Source: Neoechinorhynchus agilis (taxonomy: Eukaryota > Animalia > Acanthocephala). From it: 64,000 bases of DNA. The stretch is from contig CM121342.1 of assembly GCA_051530055.1 (NCBI GenBank), positions 15,453,480 to 15,517,479 on the forward strand, written 5' to 3'. This document shows positions 11,201 through 23,372 of this stretch, piece by piece (within the stretch, counting starts at the first letter, position 1; each line of letters starts with the position of its first letter). Position numbers and translations under genes: made by a program. The notes under the pieces are model-generated. The model made no database searches. It was not told the origin of the DNA and saw only the letters and a program-made list of their open reading frames with translations.

Positions 11201-14200
11201 TCAATTTGGCAATGAACAATTTGTCCAGAAAATACAGCGTCAATTTTAAAGCATTTGTCTTGAGACTCGTAAAGTAATATTTCATTCGATTTTGAAACTA
11301 TCGCAACCTTTAATAGATGAAACGGAATGAAAAATAGTAATAAATCAAAAGCTGGAGCACGAGTTTAGCCGAGAATTTCTCTGATTGCAAAGAGTGTTGA
11401 TAATTTTTGAACTGTTTCGAACACCTTTAGACCCCAGGGAATCGTCTTTTGAAAGTCTTCGAGGCGAGAAGTGCCAACAACCTCCCACTCTGCTGCCATT
11501 TTACATCCCGATAGCATTCTTTACGGAGCATCAGTGTACAACAACACATCATGTCGAGATGCATCGGGTTTTCTGATTCCACTCCGTTGGAAACGTGCCA
11601 ACAGCTTCTTTAAGACAAGCACACTACGCTCATCCAAACTGCGACATGCTGACTAGCATATTATTGGGGATGGAGCAGCGCCTTCTCCACCCGTCTCTGA
11701 AACAGCTTTCCGTTAAGGGAATGTCGAGAACTCACGCAAGTTCAGGAGAATCCTCGTTACCACATTAGCTTATGCGATCTCCTGGAAACATGTTCTGTAG
11801 CACACATCCCTCATTTTCAGGATTCTTTGCTTAACACATATGTGAGTCTTTTTTACGAGCTCCCAGTGTAAGAAAAAGATCGATTGACACATATACACCA
11901 AAGTAGCAGAAACCCAAAACGCGTGGGCTTTCAATACAAAACGTTCTCGTGATTTTCGAATATTATATTTTTGAAAAGGTAACTGTGCATAACACAAAAA
12001 TAAGTTGTCAATGGCTGCTATATCAAAATCGCCCTTTACTACGCTGCTCGTATTTACACTATTGAACCTTGTGGAACTATTGTATGGCCTATCAACAACA
12101 GCAACCACGACTACTTCCGAAAAAAGCCCGGTTTCCTGGTGCTTCTTCTACAATATAGACGGTTGTACATGTGACGATGGGAATGATGGAATTTCGTTAA
12201 AGTGCCGGAATTTGCAATGGGACACCATTCCAGATCTGATAGAAGAATGGGTCTCAATCGTTACCATAGAAAGTGCATTAGGGTTCCCGTCAGAATATTG
12301 AGATCCACTCAAGTAGAAAACTCGAATTGGGTCACTCTTAACTTTAGTAAAAATCGACTTCAGGAAATTCCCAAGTATCAGTTTGTGCGGATCTTTGTTC
12401 GGCATGTCGATCTTTCTCACAATCGCATTGTACATATTCACGAAAAGGCATTTGCAATGTCTGATTATGTAGAGACTCTTCGTCTCAATGATAACAAGCT
12501 CAAGTCACTGTCCGATCATGCATTTTCTTTACTTCCGAAACTACAATATCTAGACCTATCAGGGAACCCATTAGAAGCAGTCGATTTTGATGCCATTCTT
12601 CCTTTAACGAATAATTTAAAAATCTTAAGGATTTCTCGGATCCCAGCACAGTCGTCCTTCTTTAACGAACTGAAACTTTCGTCGTCTTCTGGCGTTCAAG
12701 AACTCGAGATGAAGGAAAATGGATTCACCTCACTGCAGACTACTGTCTTGAAACAATTGCCGCACCTTAAAATAGTTGATTTAAGCGGAAATGCAATTGA
12801 AAGTATTTCCGATGATACATTTGAACACAATCCTAATCTGACCAGTATTTACCTTGCAAATAATTCGTTAAAGAGTGTTCCACAGTTCGTTTCAAAATCA
12901 GTTAAATTGTTGGATTTATCTGGGAATAAAATTAATGCGGTGGAGATGTTCGCGTTCGCGGAAGTACCGTCTCTTCAGAAGGTGCTTTTACAGGGGAACA
13001 ATATATCATCAGTGGACCACGATGCATTTTGTGGAAGCAATTTGTCCGTTGTAAACCTTACATACAACAAACTGAAGTTTTTCCCAAGTTGCGCTCTAAA
13101 CACTACTTCAAGTGATCACCCGCTGTTGCTCTTGGAGTACAACCCAATCGTCTGCAATTGTAGCGTATCTTTATTGGATCAATCTCCTTCGTGGTCTGTA
13201 GTAGTGACAGTGTGTAAGGACGAAATGGCAAACACCACAATGAAAGTTCAGGATTATCTTGCCAACTTTAAATGTGAGCATCAAGAGTGCCCGAAACATT
13301 GCGACGAGCAGAGAAGGAAACCTAAGAGTATACTTAAAGCCAGTTGGAAAGTCTCCCCTGTGCACGGCTCAGAAAATGCAGCCGGCACTTTGCATCTAAG
13401 TCAGTTAGTTATTACCATCATGGCAATATTTGTGTGATGCTCAACACACACCAGAAATCGATTAATGAATGATCTCACTACCTACCGAAAATTCTGATGT
13501 ATGAGTAAATCAATTCTTGATTAGAGCAACATATTTACAACGCCAATATTCAACCTTCAGAAAAACCATAATAAATTTTTAATCAAAAAGCGTAATGCTT
13601 CAAAAAACGAAGGTCGTGTTATTCACTATAATTAAAGATTAGATAAAAATTGTGGTGTCGGATTTTTTTAAGCGCTATTTGGAGACGAAACTATCTAGGT
13701 TCCTCTTAAATGTTAGAAGCTTATTTAACATTATTAGAGAAGGAATACTAAACCATCAGCGATCATCTCTATTTTTCTACATTTGCACTTAAAATTGCTA
13801 ACTGTTTGTAGAGAAAACCTCATTGAACAACTCTATACATTTTGTTATAAAATACCTCAAGTGTGCTCATGCTCCATAATGCCGGTTAAATAATTCGGTA
13901 CTTTTTTATTATATCGACCACACCTAATTTTCTTATAAATTACGCGCTTACCTAAGTGCCGCCTACTTGTGATGGTCGATATAATACCTAAGTATCAATA
14001 ATTCAAAATAGAATGACACTTACTCGAGAGTTGAAGATTCTAGACACAAAGAAAATATCTTTAGCCTCGACATCTCTGAGATTTACTGGTTCATCAACGA
14101 ATATGAAACCGTTTTCGCGCTCCACGAGCTCCCAAATTCTTAACACCGATAATATTGATAAATATTGCAAGATAAAAAATCGAGCGCAAATACCTGCATG

Positions 14201-14785
14201 AGAAGTCTTCAAATGTTATGTAGGTTAACAAATTTGTGTTCATTATTCTACCAAATTTTATATACGGCACTTCAAATCGAATCAAAGACTGTGCTTCATC
14301 TACATTCCACACACTGACTACACTTTCAGTGGATTCTGATATTGCAACTAGCAATCGCGAATCATAACTTTAGAAACATAAAGTGAGAATCGCACGTGAA
14401 GATTCAATTTTCAGTACCTAAATTCCAATTGATTTATCCGACCATATTGTGCATTTAGAGTAATTTTATACATGACTTGCGTGATATTACCTGACTCGAA
14501 TGCCAGTACAGTCGATCGATAGGTAAATTGGGACAGAGCAATCATGTCGCGTTGATCGCTAACCTAAAATCCCTTTGAAAAGTTACAAAACTCGTACCGT
14601 ATTTTTAACTGACCGTAAAGCAGTTGATTATCTGCAGATTTGGCATCATTTTCACCTTTAAGATTTCAAGGTTTTTGTTTGTTTCAATAATATAGAGACC
14701 GTACGGAAAAAGATATTTTTCATCGTCTATCTTCCATAAATTGGAGAAGGCAAAAATTGACGTGTTTTGCAGTTAAGGAAAACAT
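5216..14785 (-). CDS. CFAP43: Cilia- and flagella-associated protein 43-like (WD40 N-half, coiled-coil C-half), multi-exon and divergent; start codon approximate
   Basis: Hand-spliced exons give collinear matches to remembered human CFAP43: IDDEKYLFPYGLYIIE (VNDNTICYPCGNYVIF), QLEFSYDSRLLVAISESTESVVSVWN ([26 protein letters not shown]), ISTLGDFKIWKC (LTYSGEICVWWL), LTVLKSGFVRIDVF (ITIAKCGILCIRDVY), FEMKLNELFDRRVSS (FDEHLKRLFERRVKA). In-phase GT-AG introns include 14368-14417, 11983-14023, 5794-5840 and 5336-5567. Stop at 5216-5218. Confidence 0.82.
12011..13437 (+). CDS. Extracellular leucine-rich-repeat protein: signal peptide, LRRNT, about 10 LRRs, LRRCT, C-terminal hydrophobic GPI-like tail
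   Basis: ATG at 12011, hydrophobic leader, C..GCTC..C LRRNT, repeated LxxLxLxxNxL units (VDLSHNRI, LRLNDNKL, LDLSGNPL), NPIVCNCS cap, tail LVITIMAIFV*. The two ORFs are out of frame; a 41-nt GT-AG intron at 12273-12313 restores it. Confidence 0.88.
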
Positions 14786-15304
14786 TGTGATCTGAATTAA
14801 TTTTTCCTATGAATATTTGTAACACGTGGAGAATGTATCGATATAAAGTTCGACTTAAAAGAGAAAATAGCTAAATTTAGCAGAAATTCTCGCAAAACTG
14901 GGTTTCTAAATTCTATAGTGGAAACCCGAAATTTTAAGTAAACCTGGTTAATTACTTAAATTTACGTATCAGATTATGACTCCAAATGCTAATATTTCAC
15001 TGAGATTATAATCAGTATATCTGAACGCATTTGTCATGCGGAAATCGTCGATAAGGAAGTTGTTCCTTCAACAATTGGGTATTAAGAGGTTAATAAAAAA
15101 ATAGATTCGAAGATCGAGAAGTGTACAATTCATGGCATTAAAAAATTAGATCGTTGAGGTATCGAAAGCTTTTCAAATGGCACTTTAAAATAATTAAGAT
15201 ACGAAAATAGATTATATAGCTTTTCTATTCAAAGAACATTTAAATGAAGAGTCAACCTGGACGATTATCGTTCGCTGTTACCAGCATCCACGCGTGTTTA
15301 ATTT

Positions 15305-15726
15305 TTACCCAATTCTCGGTAAACTAGAGCGTGTAAAAGGATATCTTATTTGAATTTGTTTAAAGAAGCTTGTACTCGACATTGCGGGTTCGACATCTGT
15401 CTCGAAAATCACGGAATTACTTGGATTATAAATAATTGATTTTTGTCGGCTTTGGACTTCGTCATCAAGGAATACTAAAGATGCATATATTTTTTAGGTT
15501 CGAAAGTTCGACCACACGAACTTGTCAAATGACGGAAATTGGGATCAAAATCATCAGTAAGGTCATCGCTCAGCTCCAACTCCATAGAACTTCTTCTAGC
15601 CGACAGCCGAGGAACTTCATTCATCTCTTCAACTACAACCAAAACTCGATTATTTAATTGAATTGCGTCTCTATAGCAACGTTTATCGTCCAATACAGCG
15701 CCTATATTATTGGTAAGAAATTTCAT
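15305..15726 (-). CDS. Two-exon 124-aa hypothetical protein
   Basis: ATG at 15726; a 47-nt GTTCGT..TTTAG intron (15475-15521, phase 1) joins to a 57-codon open frame ending TAA at 15305. No recognised domain. Confidence 0.5.
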
Positions 15727-15897
15727 TATATGGCCAAACGAGCATGAGTAAGTGAATTAAGTACGTAACATAAAAATTAAAATTTTCCCTGTTAGAATAA
15801 TCCAATAAAACGCACACTTCCCTCCATAAATCACAGACATATGTGTATTTGTCTTCTACTAACTTTCTCCAAAATCATCTTCGTTTGAAAAACTCTA

Positions 15898-16125
15898 ATG
15901 AACAATTTCTCTTTCGATATAGAAGTAGCATTAAGCCTCAAAGATGAGCAAACTGGACCAAGCAAGACTGTTATAACCTTTGCTTGTTTGATTGTTACTT
16001 TATTAGTCGTGCTTGCGTTGAGCGTTATGCTGTGTTGCAAAAACCGAATGCGAGAACGAATGCTTAACCGCGCTTCATCGACTGATTCATACTATAGTCG
16101 ATCGTCTTCATCGTCGAGTGATTAA
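15898..16125 (+). CDS. Small single-pass membrane protein (75 aa; 5' end uncertain)
   Basis: ATG-started ORF with a TM helix VITFACLIVTLLVVLALSVML, then CCKNRMR (juxtamembrane Cys pair and basic residues) and a Ser-rich tail. Confidence 0.5.
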   Translation: MNNFSFDIEVALSLKDEQTGPSKTVITFACLIVTLLVVLALSVMLCCKNRMRERMLNRASSTDSYYSRSSSSSSD

Positions 16126-17296
16126 AAAAATCAATCGATGTCACATAAATCGCTCCTGTCAATAAATATAAATGTATTTTCTCAAAGGCAGTGATTGATA
16201 TAAGAGAACTAATGGTTAGAGCAGAACTTATATATTTAAAATGGTTTAACCTGTCGAAACTATATCAAAAATTATGGATGTCACAAAAATAAGGAGCTAT
16301 CAGAAGTTTCACTCATATTTGCACCACATCTGGCCTGTTCGATTATATAAGTTTGAAAATCTAAGACAATCGGGCGTTAGTATCGTAAATTTGACGTATG
16401 TCTTGTAATGATCAATTTACTTCAGTGTCAATTACGCCTTTCTAAAAGTTTATGTAATTTATTGGCTAAGCGGTATTTTCGAAACCACTTTAATTCGTCT
16501 ACATTACAATTCATATTGTTCACACACAATGGGTTGATTGAATCGATCGCCCCATATACCCGCCGCTATACCAGGAAAAAATATAAAAAGACGAGGTCAA
16601 CAGATAACAAAGTCGAGATTTGGGCACATTTAGTCCTATAATTGAGCAAAACTTTCGGTATGAGTCTTAATGTGCCGTTTAACGCGCTAAATTTTTTAAT
16701 AAACTTTGGTCTGTACTAATGGTCGAATTTCCACTCATTAGAAATGAATCCAGGAATTAATCAAACACTTAATAGCAAACTCAAGTCGAGTATGAGTCAA
16801 TTATGGAAAATTATATTAAGTTATGTAGGCATTTGCAATTTAAACGATTGGAAATAAAAATATATTAGCAGTAATGAGAAATGATGAAATCGAAAAATCG
16901 AATTCTATTTACCGCTTCGGAGTTGCTTTTACAAACGAGGTTTAGAAAAACTAATTCGTGTGCTCCGCCAAACAAATTGTGTATTAAATTCTTTTAAAGT
17001 TCCGTCGCAATATTTAGAAAATAATTTATTTTTAAAAACGACAACAACTACAGGCGAAGATGGTAATGAGATATACAAAGAACTTTATAGTTCTTTGAAA
17101 GATAGTGTTAATTTCAACCACAGGATCTACAAAAAAATTTCTAAACGTCTATTTTGTATGCTATAGTTATCGCTTTAAAAGAAGCAAGGCCCATGATTCT
17201 AAGCTATAGATTTACTCTTGCTTTCGTCGAAAGCAACAAAGAAAAACGCAGATCACAGTTCAAACCATAAAATTGCGAGAGCTCACTCCTCGAACA

Positions 17297-18058
17297 TTAA
17301 TATCGGCTAAATATGAACTCGCTGAATTGAAAGCATTTTCCGTCGTCAAGATCGCCTTGCTTGCAAACTGTAGTTGCGGTTTCATATGAGCACAGAGCAG
17401 TTGAACTTCCCACCAATTTAAATCCAGCGAACGAAAGTTGGTCAAATGCTTGCTCGAGGTAGTTGTGCTTTAGGAAGAAGCGTGAAGTATAACGACTAGA
17501 GTTGCCATGATCGGGGTCCCGAGACTCATTTAGACTTTCTCCGAACACTTCCCGGAGCAGGTTGATGCGACCACAAACATTGATCCGAGAGACCCTTCGA
17601 AATCTTAGCTCAGATTGAGGCTCTCGGCCAAAAACAACATTTGCTTTGCAATTGATGGCAATATATCCCCGGGTTTGCATTGTTGTCGAGTTAATCATTG
17701 AGTCAGAAGAGTCAGTTAATTCCAAGCATGTTGAATTAGTGTTCATACCGACTGCGATAACATTGGCTAACTCACTCAGCTCATAGAAACGAGCTTCACG
17801 CAAAACCCGCTCCTGCATACATTTATCATCCGGTATAAGACAATGAGCATTTCTTAAGAAATAGAGAATGTAATCGAAACTCTGACCATCTCTATCGATG
17901 AAATATCGCCCATCAATGTCCTTTGAATCATCACGTAACAAAGAAACCAATTTGTTCCCGTATCTGCTCAACGTGCCACGGGTTGTTGTGTAGTGAATTC
18001 CACCGATATTCAAGTTGATTATTCGATTATCCTGAATGCACGATTCGAATGTGGTCAT
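17297..18058 (-). CDS. KCTD12: BTB/POZ (T1) protein of the KCTD8/12/16 family, intronless
   Basis: T1 domain (IINLNIGGIHYTTTRGTL..YFIDRDGQSFDYILYFLR..EARFYEL) plus H1 domain (FRRVSRINVCGR..EVFGESLNESRDPD..RYTSRFFLKHNYLEQAFDQL). The symbol denotes the family, not strict orthology. Confidence 0.93.
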   Translation of the reverse strand: MTTFESCIQDNRIINLNIGGIHYTTTRGTLSRYGNKLVSLLRDDSKDIDGRYFIDRDGQSFDYILYFLRNAHCLIPDDKCMQERVLREARFYELSELANVIAVGMNTNSTCLELTDSSDSMINSTTMQTRGYIAINCKANVVFGREPQSELRFRRVSRINVCGRINLLREVFGESLNESRDPDHGNSSRYTSRFFLKHNYLEQAFDQLSFAGFKLVGSSTALCSYETATTVCKQGDLDDGKCFQFSEFIFSRY

Positions 18059-20562
18059 TGCTCGTTAAAGGATTTTCGGTAGAAATAAAACGAAAACATA
18101 AATACGTGAATTTCCCATTGGGCGAGAAGGTAAAGAAAATGAGTATACAAAAACAATTTTTCCGAACAATAAATACGTATATTACCATTGCTGCCAAAAC
18201 ATTTAGCCTCAGCCAATATCCCTAAGAATCTATGCTGAAGACATTGGTAAATATTTCGAAATCGCCGTATTGAAGGAATTTCAGAGGACTAAGCGACACC
18301 ATCAGTGTGATTTATTCCATAAACTTCATGAATGCAATAATAAATGAATAAATATTATTCAATGTGATAACTATTTTGGCAGATCTCAAATCTTGATTTA
18401 CTAGCGCGAATCTTAGATATATTATTTGGGAATTAAAAGTCAGCACTAAATTAAATTCAGAAATAAAGACATTCTATAATGACCGAATTTATTTCACGCG
18501 GTCAGTTATTCTTTGGCCCAGGATGTTTTAGCGAAAATGTTAGTCACGGGCATTAAATCGAAACACTGACAATGTAAAAACAAAAATTAAAGTATGTAGA
18601 GTACCGTCAAAGCTATAAAATATAATTTTTGTATGTAAGAGAACTAACCTCCTGAGACCATGAGAAAAGATTAAATGGCCAAAGTTCCATGAATAACATT
18701 TTAAACAATGCGACTAAAAGAGAACGATCTATAGCTCCCTTTTTTGTTGAGCGATCATTTCGGAATCTGCTTGAAATCCTTCTCCTTTGTCGCACTCAGA
18801 AGGCCACAATATTTGGTACTACTTCACATCAAAGTATTTTAACACCTCATATACATACCAATTAGTGCAGAGGGCAGGAACAACAACTAATTCGAACCGC
18901 CGATAGTTTTAAAGCCGAAACATCTCATATATTCTATTAGATACCCACAATTTAAATAAGTGTAGCTCAGGGCTTCTCGCGAGAAGCTATTGGCATCGAA
19001 GCCAAGCGCTCTTTGCTCTCCTGGCATACAAGAAAGAGATTGTACTTATTTTACTAAGAGAAGTTCCATTTAGCTCGTTACAGAATTCTTCATTTTAATT
19101 ACGACTAATTCAATCTAAATAAATTTGAATATAAGCTTAGGAGGATACATCCTTGGGCGTATTTGAGTCAACTGATCGAGCTTAAAGATGATGTGGACTT
19201 GGTGGCAGGTCCAAAATTAGTTTCGCCTCTTAAATCTATAGAATAAGGCGGCAATTATTCAAAGTGACAACAATCATATGATTAATAGTGCCTGTAAATT
19301 GTGGCAGACACATGATGTTCAAATTAATAATATCTACCGACAAATCAAGCTTTGAATTCAACCAAAAGGGTTATGAGAAGTCGCAGGACGTAAATTACAC
19401 CTATATTGACTCAAACAAGATACTCTCCCGTATTTCTCCTACCAAAAAATGAACACACTTAAAAAACACAGTGAATGATTACTGTGATAAGAAATAACCT
19501 AAACGCTGCAGGCCGATGAAAAAGAATTTTTAAAAGCCGACTCAAGCAATAGTCAATTTCTTAGGATCCATTTGACGTTTAGACTCTAAAGCCATTATTT
19601 TATCGGGTGTAATTTATACAACAGACCTAATGAACTAATTGCGCTGTCGTATTTGCTAAAAAACATCCACTTTAAAAAAGTTACAGTTTGTCTTAATATA
19701 AAGAACAACAATAGTCAAACGAGCCATTTCGTTTGGATTTCATATCACGACGGGTGCGCAAATGGTCGATAGGTAATCAATAAAATTTAAGCTTCATGTA
19801 ATCAGAAAGCCATCAAATGCACAATGCGCGAACGACGACGTTGGTAATAAAAACCGAATTTTCTTGCAAAAGATAGCTCGAATGTTTTTTCAATTAGAAC
19901 GTTCGAACGCAAATTATCATTTCTAGAATTGTTTTCCAACAAATCATTAGCAAGGTTTTACTATGAGCGATAAGAATTTTTGAGATTATTTGGAACTCAC
20001 GTTTTCTTGATCCATCTCGGAATAGTAACAGGGCGAGTATTTGTCAATACCCACGCACACTCGTTGACTCTAAATGGCGTGAGGAGTTTGTCTTGAAACA
20101 AAGTCAGCCAACAATCTCAGATCTTCTAAGCTAGTCTCGCGCGCGCAGACACATAATTGATCTGAGGAAGCTAACGATTTAAGAACGGATTTTTGTGTTT
20201 AAAAGCAACTACAACTTTAGTTGAAATATCCAAAGCTCCTCTATAAAGCCGGAGACATCTTTTAGCTCTCAGACGCATAATCAGGTTTTAATTAGACTAA
20301 AAGCTAACATTCCGTCATTTTAATGGCGAGAAGCATCCACGTGGAGCCATTTTCTTGTTCTACATCATTCCTAGATTAGTGCGCCAACCGCAATTATAAA
20401 CACGAATCCATTCAGTCGCGAAAAGTTGACGGAAAAACGAAAATCTGTACTCATTATCGAACAGTTCCGTATTTGAGGTTTTAAGCAAAACGAATAAGTT
20501 TATGTGAATTCTGACGGATTCTAAAAGTCCTTATTCCCTAAAACTATACACCGCTGTGGTCA

Positions 20563-20780
20563 TTGTCCCCTTTGGGGTAGAGACGTATGGAGCGCTCGGC
20601 AGCTCGGCACTCTCTCTGCTCAAGGATCTCTCGAAGAAATTGAGAGAGGCAACCGGAGACTCAAGAGCAGGCTTATTTCTTCGACAAAATATCTCGCTGG
20701 CAGTACAACGGGGCAATGCTGCCAGCGTGATGGCGACGGTCGAGGAAGGACAAAAGCTGGAATTTGGTGGGAGGTGGTGA
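20563..20780 (+). mobile_element. CRE-clade RLE 3' fragment, copy 2
   Basis: VPFGVETYGALG..QRGNAASVMATVEEGQKLEFGGRW*; about 9 differences in about 217 nt versus copy 1. Confidence 0.88.
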
Positions 20781-21398
20781 ATGTAAAGAAAAGTAACCAA
20801 ATAGTTCAATGAATGTACGATTGGAATATTTTCACAAAGAATTTCGAGCGAAGATCTTCGCAATATAAAAAGGTTAAAAGTTCTTATACAATGCTTTGAA
20901 TAGTCAAATGTTTTGTTGCAATCCGGCACGTAAAGCATCGTATCAATAAGCGATCCCCTATTGTGGTTAAGGGATAACATCTCGGGCCTGTTTTATACGA
21001 ATCTAAGAATTCGAAGAGGCAGCAGAGATGCGCATCTCCTTTAATGAGAATTTAAGTGCTCGCATGTCAAACATAAAGATGAAGGATTCATTATATATAA
21101 ATTTGCAGAAGAGATTGACTCTTTTGTTAGCTCAAGTAAAAAAGACTCAAGGCAACTCGAGGTTAACAACGGCGGATAAAACATGACTGTCGCTTTTAAC
21201 AATTATTCAAAAGATTTTTGTAGGAAAATAATTTCAATGCAAGAGGCACACTGCTGTGGCGACTTGGAACAATTGGGCTCAATTTTGCTTTTACGCGATT
21301 TCTTGACATCTTTACTTATTTCGGTCGCCATCTTAATGCGATTTCAAACTATGTCAACCAATAACAAAAAAACAATCAATCCCCGTAATCTCGTCTCT

Positions 21399-21684
21399 TG
21401 ATATAAAACTCGGGCGGGCTAACTTTAGCGGCAGTTTCGACATGAGAATCTGGAGCGTAGTTGGAGGCTGTTCCTCTGACATCTGTGGGAACTCTTCTCA
21501 CTGATAAGGTAACGAGGATCGCAGTGTCCTTAAGACTTGGTCTCCCGATTGTGACCGAGTCGCTGGTAGACATGTTCTATATTCTACACAAAACCGAACA
21601 CACACACCTACACATATACGCGCATGCAGTTACTACTGTTTATCACCCGATCGATAGCATGACGACATCATGCCCACTATAACA
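21399..21684 (-). mobile_element. 3' LTR (286 bp) of the adjacent Gypsy element
   Basis: On the minus strand the polypurine tract GAAGAAAAAAAGGAGAAA is followed by TGTTATAG...TTATATCA: TG..CA termini with a near-perfect 7-bp terminal inverted repeat. Confidence 0.75.
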
Positions 21685-22775
21685 TTTCTCCTTTTTTTCT
21701 TCGATAGCCATCGTATGGCAGTTTGGGTTTCCTCCGAATCCTTTGACTAATGCGCGGCATAATCTTGATTTCTTCGACTGGTTCTTTTACTGACTGTTGT
21801 GGATTTTCTTCATCGTTTTCTACTTCTAAATCCACCATCTTTTTAATAAATCTTTTCTCCCCTTCATCTTCTTCGTTTCCCTTTTTCTCTACATCTATAC
21901 TCTCATTGGTTGTTATATCCTCAACTTCTCTATGCCTGATGTAATCCGCATGACAGCGTCGCTCTTGGCCATTCTCTTCTTTGAGCTGGTACGAAACAGC
22001 TCCTTGAACTTTCGTGATGCAGCCGCTTCTCCATTTATCGTTTCGCCCATGCTTAAACCATACTGGCTCCTCATGTTTGAACGTGACCAACCTATTTCCC
22101 ACTGCTGATTTCTCCTCTCTGGCTCGATTTCTCTCTTCGACTCTTGCTTGTGTGCTTGGTTTCATATTGTCAAATATCGTCCGTAAGCGACGACCAAACA
22201 TTAGCTCCGCCGGTGTAATTCCCGTCGTTGTGTGAGGAGTGTTCCTATACGTGTACAAGAATCGGTCCACGTTTTCCATCTTTATTCCTTTTCCGGATAT
22301 CCATGTTCTTCGTTTCAGCCTTCCTATGAACCTCTCGGCTAAGCCGTTAGTTCTAGGATGATATTTACTAGCTTTTATATGTTTGATTTGAAATTCGCTG
22401 CAAAACCGTGAAAACTCATTCGAAATAAACTGTGGCCCATTGTCTGACACAATTGATTTCGGTGCCCCGAATCTGCAGAAACACCTCCTTAGACATCGTA
22501 TGACTTGCGTGGTCGTCGAATTTCGACCTAGCAACCGTACCTCTGGCTATTTTGTGTTCGCATCGACCAGAATTAGGTATGTATCGCCATTTACTGGCCC
22601 CGCTAAGTCAACGTGTACTCTTTCCCATGGTTCTGCAGGCCAGTCCCAACTCAATAAAGGTACTTCCCTTTTGTTTTGCCTATTTGTTTGGCACAGTTCA
22701 CACATCGCGATCATTTGTCTGATCTCTTCCTCCATCTTAGGCCAAAACACGTAATACCGACTCATTGCAAACATC
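21685..22775 (-). pseudogene. Ty3/Gypsy integrase region, truncated, with in-frame stop
   Basis: YVFWPKM..C.LCQ zinc-binding end, PWERVHVDLAGP, VSDNGPQF, YHPRTNGLAERF, YRNTPHTTTG.TPAELMFGR. A TAG sits where Trp is expected (TK*PEV). The upstream pol is missing. Confidence 0.92.
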
Positions 22776-23050
22776 TTGGTTCCCGCCCATCTTTGTCGAC
22801 TAGACGGTCGTCGACCTGACGGAATTTCGGTCTTTCCGTGGCGGGAAGGCGAATGCCCTCTCTGGGACGCAACATGTGTGGACACCCTCACAGTAAGCAA
22901 CATTCAATACTCTCTCGAAATCGCTGGAGGTGCAGCCAGTGCAGCGGAAGGGAGGAAGGTACGAAAATATAGGGATTTAGAGAAGGTCCACTATTTTGTC
23001 CCCCGGTACTCACTCTGCGCCAGGATCTCTCGAAGAAATTGAGAGAAACG
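22770..23050 (+). mobile_element. CRE-clade RLE internal fragment, copy 3, fused back-to-back to the Gypsy integrase
   Basis: PAHLCRLDGRRPDGISVFPWREGECPLWDATCVDT..KVRKY..FVP, then an internal deletion. The junction bases AACATCTT fit both elements. Confidence 0.88.
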
Positions 23051-23372
23051 ACCATTCTAGGAAAAGTCGCATTGAATCGTAGGCACAACTGTTTGAATGA
23101 ACTTTAAGAAGATAACCATATACATATGCATGGAAAGGTAGTCAACCTATTTAAATCCTCAATTGATTTTAATAATAGTAACATAGTAAAGCATCCGCAG
23201 AAACAACACAAATTTGAAATATACTTTTAATAAAATTTAAAGTCTTTTAAAATGATCTAGCTATCTTATTATGGATCAAAACATAACTTGCAGAACATGT
23301 AAATGAATTATTGTTCCATCCAATTGTTCCTCCGAGTAGATGTGTATTCTCAATGGCGAATTTTTACACACT

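Noticed and set aside
18972-18987. Perfect 16-bp palindrome GCTTCTCGCGAGAAGC
   Set aside because: Isolated, with no supporting context or second copy.
21000-21330. Possible decayed PHD-type LINE ORF1 (MATEISK..CASCIEII) on the minus strand
   Set aside because: Only one clear CxxC; the rest needs several frameshifts.
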